The position numbers and the translations under genes were made by a program. Below are positions 1 through 7,477 of a DNA stretch of 23,610 nt, piece by piece; position 1 is the first letter of the stretch; the number at the start of each line of letters is the position of its first letter. A model generated the notes under the pieces. The model saw nothing but the letters and a program-made list of their open reading frames with translations. It ran no database searches and was not told the origin of the DNA. This stretch comes from Vulcanimicrobiota bacterium (GTDB taxonomy: Bacteria; Vulcanimicrobiota; Vulcanimicrobiia; Vulcanimicrobiales; Vulcanimicrobiaceae), in contig PKZK01000216.1 in the NCBI GenBank assembly GCA_003133025.1, positions 1-23,610 on the forward strand, given 5' to 3'.

Positions 1-78
1 CCGAACACGGCAGTTAAGACCGCCAGCGCCGATGGTAGTCGGACCGCAGGGTCCCTCGAGAGTAGGTCAGCGCCAGAT
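1..78 (+). rRNA. rrf: 5S ribosomal RNA, 3' portion (5' end lies before the window)
   Basis: Conserved 5S motifs CCGAAC-ACGG-CAGTTAAG, GCGCCGATGGTAGT, the helix IV hairpin GGACC-GCAG-GGTCC (41-54) and GAGAGTAGG...CGCCAG at the 3' end. The exact 3' end is approximate. Confidence 0.95.
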
Positions 79-85
79 CATAAGA

Positions 86-128
86 GACGAGCCCGCCAGG
101 CAGAAATGCCGGCGGGCTTGTTTCGTTG
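86..128 (+). terminator. Probable intrinsic terminator downstream of the 5S rRNA
   Basis: GACGAGCCCGCC-A-GGCA [GAAA loop] TGCC-GGCGGGCTTGTT followed by TTCGTT: a long GC stem with a GNRA loop and a T-rich tail, right after the 5S gene. Confidence 0.8.
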
Positions 129-167
129 TCGTGAAAGACTCGCCGCGCCGTGAGATAAGATCGGCGT

Positions 168-836
168 ATGAGCGAACTGATGCGATTTGCCTCGCCGGTG
201 AAAGGCCCGCAAGGGCTGGCCTGGGACGGTGCGAGCATGTGGGTGACGAGCGCCGCTAACGGGCGGGTGTATGCGCTCGAGCCTGGGTCGTGGACCATCC
301 GGCGCGAGTTCGTGCCGCCGTTCGAGGCGTTGGGCATCACGTATACCGGTGCGGATTTCCGCGTGATACTCGCGCCGGCGATCGAGGAGCAGGATCTGGA
401 ACTCGATCACCGCTACGTTTATTCGTTCTCGCCGGACGCGGGATTCGCGGAGTCTTTCGTCTGCCCGGATAACTCCGGATCGTTTCTGGCCCATGCGAAC
501 GGGACGCTGTACCTCTCGCAAGCCTGGGATAAGAAGCTCATCGAGCTCGACGAGCGCGGCGCCGCGGTGCGCGAAGTGCAGTTGGACCGCCGTCCGGTCG
601 GCATGACGATCGTAGACGGTGCGTTCTACCTCGTAACCGTCGACGAGGAGTGGGACGACGGTCGCTTTCAGCGTCTGGGCATCGGCGACGCTGCGGCATC
701 GATCGAAACGCTACGCGCGCTTCCGTTCAAACCCCGTAGCGTCGCCTTCGACGGCAGGCGGTTCTGGACGGCCGACCGCAACGGCCACGCGCTCGTCTCG
801 TTTACGCTCCCCCGCGTCGCTTCAAGGCAGGGATGA
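168..836 (+). CDS. Beta-propeller repeat protein (YncE/NHL/glutaminyl cyclase-like), function unknown
   Basis: 222 aa. Repeated blade-like motifs PQGLAWDGASMWV, PVGMTIVDGAFYL and PRSVAFDGRRFWT. TAAGAT lies 6 nt before the ATG and there is no SD. Confidence 0.7.
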   Translation: MSELMRFASPVKGPQGLAWDGASMWVTSAANGRVYALEPGSWTIRREFVPPFEALGITYTGADFRVILAPAIEEQDLELDHRYVYSFSPDAGFAESFVCPDNSGSFLAHANGTLYLSQAWDKKLIELDERGAAVREVQLDRRPVGMTIVDGAFYLVTVDEEWDDGRFQRLGIGDAAASIETLRALPFKPRSVAFDGRRFWTADRNGHALVSFTLPRVASRQG

Positions 837-915
837 GCCCCGGCCTGCGGGTAGTTCGCGCGTAATCGGAGGCCGGCGCTCGTGCGGCGGCCCTAAAGTG
901 AAGAAGGTCGGGGCG

Positions 916-1479
916 ATGTCTCGAGCTGCCTGGGCGTTTACGCTCGCTGCTGCATTGTTTGCATTCGTGCTCTTCGGTGTCTTGCGCGTGCCGGCGTACC
1001 GGGAGCGCAGGCGCGAGCTGCTCGACCAGCTCGCACCGCCGCCGTCGCCGGCTCCGTCGGCGATGCCCGATCCCGAGGCGTTGCACGCCGAGATCGCGGC
1101 CGCCATCGCCGAGGCCAACCGGTCGTGTCTGGCGGCGCTGGAGCGCGGCGACGCGCGGGCCTACGCATCGCACTTCGTGGAGGATGCGATCTCCCTACCG
1201 GCGCGCGGACCGATCGTACGCGGCCGTGCGGCGATCGAGCGCGCGATGGCCGAAGCGTTTCGCAGCGCCCGTTTCGGCAACGCCGAGTGGCGCACGATCG
1301 ACACCCGCACCAATGGCTCGACGGCCTACGAGACCGGCACCTATGCCTTCGTCGTGTTCAACAGCGCGGAGCGCAGCCGGCCGCAGACCCTCAAAGGGCG
1401 CTACTTCGTGGTCTGGAAGCGCGCCGCCGGCGGCTGGAAGATCGCGTACGATGCCTCCCAACCAGGCGCGGCCGGGTAG
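916..1479 (+). CDS. Membrane-anchored SnoaL/NTF2-like (DUF4440/YybH-type) protein
   Basis: N-terminal hydrophobic helix (AWAFTLAAALFAFVLFGVL), Pro-rich linker, then NTF2-like motifs GDARAYASHFVEDAISLP, GRAAI, AYETG and GRYFVVWKRAAGGWKI. Start is ATG 916 (alternative GTG 898). Confidence 0.8.
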   Translation: MSRAAWAFTLAAALFAFVLFGVLRVPAYRERRRELLDQLAPPPSPAPSAMPDPEALHAEIAAAIAEANRSCLAALERGDARAYASHFVEDAISLPARGPIVRGRAAIERAMAEAFRSARFGNAEWRTIDTRTNGSTAYETGTYAFVVFNSAERSRPQTLKGRYFVVWKRAAGGWKIAYDASQPGAAG

Positions 1480-1494
1480 TCGCCGCACCGCGAC

Positions 1495-2304
1495 TCAGGC
1501 GTGCACGCGCTCGTGCAGGCTGTCGTCTTCGGTTTGTACGAGCGGCGTGTAGTTGCGCGAGACCACGTAGTCGGGACGCGGGTTCGCCGGCACCGGGTTC
1601 GGACGGTTCGCGCTCGGATTGTACGCCATGTACACGTGCCAGCGATCGTTGGCCGAGAGATTGTGGCCCGACGCGTGCACGATCTGACAGTGGAAGAGCA
1701 CCGCGGTTCCCGGTTCGCCGACGATCGGAATCGGCGCGGGCGACGTGCGCAGCACGTCGCGGATGATCTCTTTGCGGATCGTCCACTGCGGATACGACGT
1801 CGTCGTTTCGTCCTTATATGCGTCCTTCGTGCCGATTTTGTGACTGCCCGGAATCAAATACAGGCAGCCGCCCAATTCGGTGGCCTCGTCGAGCATCACG
1901 AGCGATGTGGCCATGTTGGGCGTGGGCACGCCGTCGTGCTGCCAATAGCCGTAATCCTGATGCCAGAGCCACACGGTGCCGTCGATCGCCGTCTTGATGT
2001 TGCATTTTGCGTGGTAGACGTAAAGCTCGTCGTCACGCAGCACTTGACGCGCCGGGCCGAGCAGTCGCGGCGTTCGCGCCAGCCGATTGAACGCGGACGA
2101 GTACGTCGGGCCGTCGGGCTCGTGCGTGCGGTACACGGTGCGCAGAGCGCCAGTGCGCTCGCGCACGATTGCATCCGATTCCACGGCAGCCACGCGCGCC
2201 AGCTCCGACTTCAGGAGCCGGATCTCGTCCTTATCGAAGAGCTCGGGAAAAACTAAGAAACCGTCCCGGTCGAATTGTGCGAGTTGCTCGTCGCTCAAGG
2301 TCAT
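1495..2304 (-). CDS. Phytanoyl-CoA dioxygenase (PhyH) family Fe(II)/2-oxoglutarate dioxygenase, EctD/proline hydroxylase-like
   Basis: Start LSDEQLAQFDRDGFLV, HxD motif in WHQDYGYW, GCLYLIPGSHK, distal His in HASGHNLS and Arg in NDR. A GGAGG SD lies upstream. Confidence 0.9.
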   Translation of the reverse strand: MTLSDEQLAQFDRDGFLVFPELFDKDEIRLLKSELARVAAVESDAIVRERTGALRTVYRTHEPDGPTYSSAFNRLARTPRLLGPARQVLRDDELYVYHAKCNIKTAIDGTVWLWHQDYGYWQHDGVPTPNMATSLVMLDEATELGGCLYLIPGSHKIGTKDAYKDETTTSYPQWTIRKEIIRDVLRTSPAPIPIVGEPGTAVLFHCQIVHASGHNLSANDRWHVYMAYNPSANRPNPVPANPRPDYVVSRNYTPLVQTEDDSLHERVHA

Positions 2305-2374
2305 CAGGTTCGACCCTCCGTCAGGAGATTCTCCGCGCGAAAGCCGCGCGTCCCTGCCGACCGACGAAACTCGT

Positions 2375-2890
2375 TTAGGCGTCGTCGCGTTCGGGCGAAC
2401 GTCCTTGTGCTCGCGCGAGCGTCACCATCTCGCGCATGCGTGGATGGTCGCCGGGCACCGTCCGTTCCCAGCGCTCGAACGCCGGCACGGGCTCTCCCGT
2501 GCGAAATAAGAAATAATACGCCGAGAGTTCCCCGACGAACGCGAACCGCGTGCGCAGATCGCGCACCAACTCCGCATACGAGCCGAACGAGCGGAGGTAG
2601 GCTTTGAAGCCGGCCGTGCGCTCCAACTCGAGCAGCGTCCGCGCGTTTTCGATCGTGCCCACGATCTTTTTCCGCGTGCGCACGACGGCGCCGCCGCTAA
2701 GGATGCGCTCCACGTCGCCTTCGCCGAACGCGGCGACCAGGACCGGATCGAAGCCTTCGAAGGCGGCCAAATAGCCGTCCCACTTCGACTCGATCAGCTT
2801 CCAGGATAGTCCGGCTTGAAAGATCGCGCGCGAGAGGATGGCCAGATAGTCGGCGAGCCCGGCCGGCTCGACGACCTCGGGAATCGCCAC
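2375..2890 (-). CDS. DNA-3-methyladenine glycosylase I (Tag)-like protein, short atypical form
   Basis: FQAGLSW motif, AFEGFDP, VRTRKKIVGTIENAR and FAFVG. Its GTG start overlaps the upstream TAG stop by 1 nt. Confidence 0.75.
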   Translation of the reverse strand: MAIPEVVEPAGLADYLAILSRAIFQAGLSWKLIESKWDGYLAAFEGFDPVLVAAFGEGDVERILSGGAVVRTRKKIVGTIENARTLLELERTAGFKAYLRSFGSYAELVRDLRTRFAFVGELSAYYFLFRTGEPVPAFERWERTVPGDHPRMREMVTLARAQGRSPERDDA

Positions 2891-3564
2891 TACGCCGAGA
2901 GCGCGCGGACTCGGGTGGCGAGGTCCGCGAGCAGCGCGCCGCGCTCCGAACGGCCTTCGAAGTAGCGCGGCGCGTCGAGGCGGATGGTCACGTGCCAGCG
3001 TTCGCCCTCGCGCACGTAGGAGAGCCCAACCGGCAGGATGGGCACGCGCGGGCCGCCGTTGCGCTGGGCGAGGCCGACCAGCGTCAACACGCCGCCGCGA
3101 AAGGGCAAGAACGAGCGTTCGTCTTCTTTGCGCGTCGCCACCGGATCGATCGTGGGATAGGCCTCCGGGAAGACCACGAGCACTTCGCCGCTACGCAAGA
3201 GACGTGCGCCGTGGGCCAAGCCGTGCCGGACGTAGCGGAACGTCTCTTCGCGCGAGAATGCCGAGGCGCCCGGCTCGATGCCGTCCGCGCGCAAGACGAC
3301 CGGCCAGTCCGACATCGCGCAGGCCAACTCCATCACGCGCCGCGTCCAGATGTCCTTCGCCCAATCGAGCGCGATCATCACCGCCGGCTTGCGCGGCAAC
3401 GCGTCGATCAGCGCCGCGCCGTCGTAGAGGTGGTGGAAGTGGCGGCAGGCCAGGAGCGCCGGTCCGCGCCGCGGCAGATGTTCGCCGCCTTCGATCGTCA
3501 CGCGCAGGTCGCGCGAGGCATAGTAACGCGCGATCAAGCGTGGCCCGAACGCGCCGAGCCTCAT
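2890..3564 (-). CDS. PlsC/LPLAT-family acyltransferase (candidate carotenoid glycoside acyltransferase)
   Basis: Start reassigned to ATG 3564, which overlaps the upstream stop (ATGA). Motifs IEGGEHLPRRGPALLACRHFHHLYDG, LVVFPEA, LPFRGG and VPILPVGL. Confidence 0.8.
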   Translation of the reverse strand: MRLGAFGPRLIARYYASRDLRVTIEGGEHLPRRGPALLACRHFHHLYDGAALIDALPRKPAVMIALDWAKDIWTRRVMELACAMSDWPVVLRADGIEPGASAFSREETFRYVRHGLAHGARLLRSGEVLVVFPEAYPTIDPVATRKEDERSFLPFRGGVLTLVGLAQRNGGPRVPILPVGLSYVREGERWHVTIRLDAPRYFEGRSERGALLADLATRVRALSA

Positions 3565-4409
3565 GCGGCCACGGCATCCCGGCGTGACGAGGGCCGCACG
3601 GCCAGCGCCGCGGGCAACAAACTGAGGGCGATGGCGGCCAGGGCCGTCGGCCAGAGCCCGACGCTCAGCGAGAGCGCCATCGCCCAAATCACGTTGGCCG
3701 CGTAGATGCCGAAAGGCAACCATGGTTCGATGCGTCGCGCGTCGACGGGCCCGCGCCAGAGCAGACGTCCCGCGGCGATGAAGGCCAGTCCCGTACCGAG
3801 CCAACCCACCAGGTTGCGCAGCGGCATGCCGAAATAGGCGCCGTGTTCCTTCCAGACCCAGAAGTGAATGTAGGTCAGGCGATCGCTGGCCATGGCCGGA
3901 TCGAGCACGAGATCCCAGGCCATCAGGAGCCACGCGCCGAGCAGCACGCCCGGCCAGAACGCGCGCTCGTCGCTGCGCCGCTGGATGATGCGCACCGCCA
4001 ACAGATACGAGGCGAAGCCCATGTAGAACCACGAGAGCGGGACCGTGTAGGGCACGCGTCCCAACAGTTTCCAGCCGAGGAAGCCCGTGTACTCATAGCC
4101 GCCGAACGGGAAACCGGTCTTGGTCCCGGTCAATTCTGCCGCCGCCGAAATGCACGTTGCCGCGACCGCGAAGAGCAGCGTGCGGCGCCAGCCGATCGCC
4201 GAGGCGCCGAAGAAGAGCATCGCGAGCGTCGCGGTCCAGATGTCGACCGTGCCGACGTTGGTAATGGCCCACGCATAGAACGCCATCGCGTACTGGTTGC
4301 CCGCGAACTGCGCCGGATTTTGGACGGCCGAGAGCAGCCCGAAGATGCCCAGCGCGAGCGCCAGAATGTGCGCCGCAAAAAAGAAGATCGCAAGCCGGCG
4401 CAGCGTCAC
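3561..4409 (-). CDS. cruF: Carotenoid biosynthesis membrane protein, CruF/DUF422-type carotenoid 1,2-hydratase
   Basis: Start GTG 4409 (GTGA overlap). Multi-TM protein with family motifs ELTGTKTGFPFGGYEYT, LGWKLLGRVPYTVPLSWF, AWDLVLDPAM, FWVW and YFGMPLRNLVGW. Confidence 0.85.
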   Translation of the reverse strand: MTLRRLAIFFFAAHILALALGIFGLLSAVQNPAQFAGNQYAMAFYAWAITNVGTVDIWTATLAMLFFGASAIGWRRTLLFAVAATCISAAAELTGTKTGFPFGGYEYTGFLGWKLLGRVPYTVPLSWFYMGFASYLLAVRIIQRRSDERAFWPGVLLGAWLLMAWDLVLDPAMASDRLTYIHFWVWKEHGAYFGMPLRNLVGWLGTGLAFIAAGRLLWRGPVDARRIEPWLPFGIYAANVIWAMALSLSVGLWPTALAAIALSLLPAALAVRPSSRRDAVAA

Positions 4410-5551
4410 GCGGCGCGCTCCCGCACGAGCGTTCTGCCCCGCCAGGTTGCGTCGGGCGAGAACGCAGAGAGTGCGATGCGTGTCGCCACCGAGAGATCGG
4501 TCGCCGGCGAGAGCCAGAACGTCCAGGGAACCTTTGCGTAGGCACGCTGCGTGCCGGCGAGCGTGCCCAGCCGCATTGCGGCGAGCGCGGCGTTGACGCG
4601 AAAGAGCGCCGAAGAACGATCGCCACGCGCCGCCAGCCACAGCGTGAGCGCGAGCGGCAATGCCTGCACCAAGCCGATCTCGGCGAGCGCGAGGGCGAGG
4701 TCGAGCGGGCGCGTAAACGCGTCGCGCATCGGCAACGAGCGCGGCCAGTTGTTCCAGCACTCGGCGGCGCCCGCGTACATTTCAACGCTCGCGAGGTCGC
4801 CCGCTTCGAAGAAGCCGACCGGCGTGCCCGACGCCGTCAACACGCGCGCGATCGTGACGTCCTCGCAGCGCGAGGCGTGCGCGGCCGCGATCGCGTCGGT
4901 GGCCAGCAGCGTTTCGCGGCGCACGATGAAGCACTGCCCGTCGGCCTGCACGGCGTGCGGTTCGGTGGCCACGTTGCCGGGCAGACCATAGCGGTACACC
5001 AGCGTCGTCAGCATTGAGGGATGGATCAGCGCTTCGCCCGCGCCCGAGAGATGCAGGCGCGGCGCCGCGCTGAAGGCATCCAGACGGCTCAACTCGGCGT
5101 GCGCGAGCAGCGAAGCGACCAGGTCCGGCGCGGGACGCACGTCGGCGTCGACCATGAGGATCCAATCCACCTCGGAACTCGCGCGCAGGCCGCTCTCGAG
5201 TCCCCAGGCCTTGCCGTTCCAATCGCGCGGCACCGGCGCCGCGTCGACGAAGCGGACGCGCGGGTCGCGCGCGGCGTACGCGTGGATCAGTGCTTGGGTG
5301 CCGTCCTGCGAGCCGCCGTCGACCACGAGGATCTCGCGCAGCCAGGGGCCCTGGGCCAGGAGGCCGTCGAGGCACGGCCCGAGGCGCGCGCGCTCGTCGA
5401 GCACGGGCACGACGGCGCACACCGTCCCCGACCCCGGCGGCTGGGCCGCACGGGTCAACGGGTCGCCGGCCGCGCTCAGGAGCATGCGGCTCGCGACGCG
5501 CGCGCCAAGCAATCCCTGCAGGGCGGCGAACGCATCGGAAGTGGAGATCAC
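4406..5551 (-). CDS. cruG: GT2 glycosyltransferase, CruG-like (candidate carotenoid glycosyltransferase)
   Basis: Start GTG 5551 with AAGAGG upstream. Motifs VVPVLDE, EILVVDGGSQDGT, P.DWNGKAWGL, DAD, ADGQCF and EDVTIAR, plus C-terminal hydrophobic helices and WRGR. Coupled to the cruF-like gene. Confidence 0.75.
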   Translation of the reverse strand: MISTSDAFAALQGLLGARVASRMLLSAAGDPLTRAAQPPGSGTVCAVVPVLDERARLGPCLDGLLAQGPWLREILVVDGGSQDGTQALIHAYAARDPRVRFVDAAPVPRDWNGKAWGLESGLRASSEVDWILMVDADVRPAPDLVASLLAHAELSRLDAFSAAPRLHLSGAGEALIHPSMLTTLVYRYGLPGNVATEPHAVQADGQCFIVRRETLLATDAIAAAHASRCEDVTIARVLTASGTPVGFFEAGDLASVEMYAGAAECWNNWPRSLPMRDAFTRPLDLALALAEIGLVQALPLALTLWLAARGDRSSALFRVNAALAAMRLGTLAGTQRAYAKVPWTFWLSPATDLSVATRIALSAFSPDATWRGRTLVRERAA

Positions 5552-5564
5552 GGAACCTCTTACT

Positions 5565-6380
5565 TTGGCGGGTGAGGATGAGGGCGTCGGCCCCAGCGGC
5601 CGGTCGATTCTGCTGACGCACGGGGCGCCGGCGCCGAAGGTCTTCGTTCTACTGCACGGACTCACCGCGAGCCCGCTACAGTTTCTCGAAGTGGGACGCC
5701 GGCTGCACGCGCGCGGCGCCAACGTTCTGATTCCGACGCTTCCCCGGCACGGTCATGAGGACCGGTTGACCACCGTGCTCCAGCATTTGACCGTCGCGGA
5801 GATGATCGCGTTCGCGCGCCGGGCCGTCGCTACCGCGCGGCCGCTCGGCCGACGGACGATCGTGGCGGGATTCTCCGTGGGCGGCCTGCTCGCGGCCTGG
5901 CTCGCCCAGCACGAGGCGCTCGACCGCGTGGTGCCCATCTCGCCGTTTCTCGGGTTCGCGCTCGTACCGCGGCGCGTGGCCGGCCAAGCGGCGCGCCTGG
6001 CGCTACGTATGCCCAACCGGTTCCTGTGGTGGAATCCGCTCCTGCGCGAACGCTTGATGCCCGCGCACGGGTACCCTCGTTATCCGACCCATGCCGTGGC
6101 GCAAGCCTACGCTCTCGCGCACGAACTCTTCGCCGATGCGGACCGCGTCGCGCCCGCGACGCCGCGCATCGAATTCGTGCTGAACCGCAGCGAGGTGGTG
6201 GTCAACAACCGCAGCGCGCTGCGCCTAGCGGCGGCCTGGCGGGGCCACGGCGCCGCGGTTCGCATCCGCCATCTGCAGGCGCTGCCGCCCTCGCACGATA
6301 TCGTCGAGCCCCTGCGCAGTAGTTGGGTCGTACCGCGCGTCTACCCCGAACTCGTCGAGGCCATCGAAGGCGTGGGGTGA
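5565..6380 (+). CDS. Alpha/beta hydrolase (carboxylesterase/lysophospholipase-like)
   Basis: VFVLLHGLT oxyanion region, LPRHG, nucleophile elbow GFSVGG and C-terminal SHD. The start is uncertain (TTG 5565 or GTG 5541). The upstream part of ORF 5154..6380 overlaps cruG antisense. Confidence 0.85.
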   Translation: MAGEDEGVGPSGRSILLTHGAPAPKVFVLLHGLTASPLQFLEVGRRLHARGANVLIPTLPRHGHEDRLTTVLQHLTVAEMIAFARRAVATARPLGRRTIVAGFSVGGLLAAWLAQHEALDRVVPISPFLGFALVPRRVAGQAARLALRMPNRFLWWNPLLRERLMPAHGYPRYPTHAVAQAYALAHELFADADRVAPATPRIEFVLNRSEVVVNNRSALRLAAAWRGHGAAVRIRHLQALPPSHDIVEPLRSSWVVPRVYPELVEAIEGVG

Positions 6381-6436
6381 ACGGAAAGAGTAACCGAGCC
6401 GCGGCGGCTCGAGCCGCAATGTTGTAGGAGACACTC

Positions 6437-7477
6437 GTGCGCGCAACGGTTTTTCATGCTCCCGGCGACGTCCGCGTCGAAACGGTTCCCGATCCCAAGA
6501 TACTCGCGCCGACCGACGCGATCGTGCGCGTGACGCACGCCTGCATCTGCGGCAGCGACCTATGGTTCTACCGCGGCGAAGCGAAGTGGCAGCCCGGCTG
6601 GCGCACCGGCCACGAGTGGATGGGCATCGTGGAAGAAGTCGGCGCCGAGGTGCAAACGCTGAAGAAGGGCGATCGCGTGATCGCGCCCTTCTCGTTCTGC
6701 GACGGCGAGTGCGAGTATTGCCGCAAAGGCGTGCAGACTTCGTGCGTGCACGGCGGCTTCTGGGGCGGCGCGAGCAACGACGGCGGCCAGGGCGAGGCGG
6801 TGCGCAGCCCGTTCGCGGATGCGACGCTCGTGCCGCTGCCGCCCGACGTGGGCGACGATGCGGCGCTGTTGCGCTCGATCTTGCCGCTGACCGACGTGAT
6901 GGGCACGGGACATCATGCGGCCGTTGCCGCGGGCGTCGGCCCCGGTTCGACCGTCGCCGTGATGGGCGACGGCGCGGTCGGTTTGTGCGGCGTGCTCGCG
7001 GCCAGGCGCTTGGGCGCGGAGCGCATCATCATGTTCGGCCGGCACGAAGCGCGCGTCGCGCTGGCGCGCAGCTTCGGCGCGACCGACATCGTTTCGGCGC
7101 GCGACAAGGGCGGCATCGAAGAAGGCCGGGAGCTGACCTCGGGCGGCGCGGAGTGCGTGCTCGAGTGCGTCGGCACCGAGCAGTCGATGGCGCAGGCGAT
7201 CGGCGTGGCGCGTCCCGGCGGCGCGGTCGGCTACGTCGGCGTGCCCTACGGCGCGGCGGCGGGCATCAACCTGGGCCGTATGTTCTCGCACAACATCACC
7301 CTGCGCGGCGGCGTCGCGCCCGTGCGCAAATACATCCCCGAGTTGCTGGCCGACGTGTTGGCGGGCAAGCTCGACCCCGGCCCCGTGCTCGATCTCTCGG
7401 TCGATCTCGACGGCGTCCCGCGCGGCTATCAAGCGATGGACGAACGCAGCTCGACGAAGGTAATGGTCAAGCTGTGA
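6437..7477 (+). CDS. Zinc-dependent alcohol dehydrogenase (MDR family, FDH-like)
   Basis: ICGSD, GHE, structural Zn loop CDGECEYC...SC, TDV and Rossmann GDGAVG. An AGGAG SD precedes the GTG. Confidence 0.93.
   Translation: MRATVFHAPGDVRVETVPDPKILAPTDAIVRVTHACICGSDLWFYRGEAKWQPGWRTGHEWMGIVEEVGAEVQTLKKGDRVIAPFSFCDGECEYCRKGVQTSCVHGGFWGGASNDGGQGEAVRSPFADATLVPLPPDVGDDAALLRSILPLTDVMGTGHHAAVAAGVGPGSTVAVMGDGAVGLCGVLAARRLGAERIIMFGRHEARVALARSFGATDIVSARDKGGIEEGRELTSGGAECVLECVGTEQSMAQAIGVARPGGAVGYVGVPYGAAAGINLGRMFSHNITLRGGVAPVRKYIPELLADVLAGKLDPGPVLDLSVDLDGVPRGYQAMDERSSTKVMVKL

Noticed and set aside
14..340. Short ORFs over the window start (14..340, 32..259, 78..521)
   Set aside because: They overlap the 5S rRNA, its terminator and the beta-propeller gene.
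1495..2304. Calling the dioxygenase ectD
   Set aside because: The EctD signature does not match (HQDYGYW instead of HSDFETW) and no ectABC genes are in the window.
6562..7473. Apparent N-terminal extension giving an 855-aa SBP fusion
   Set aside because: It is an alternative frame over the adh gene. The lipoprotein signal starts at GTG 7474.
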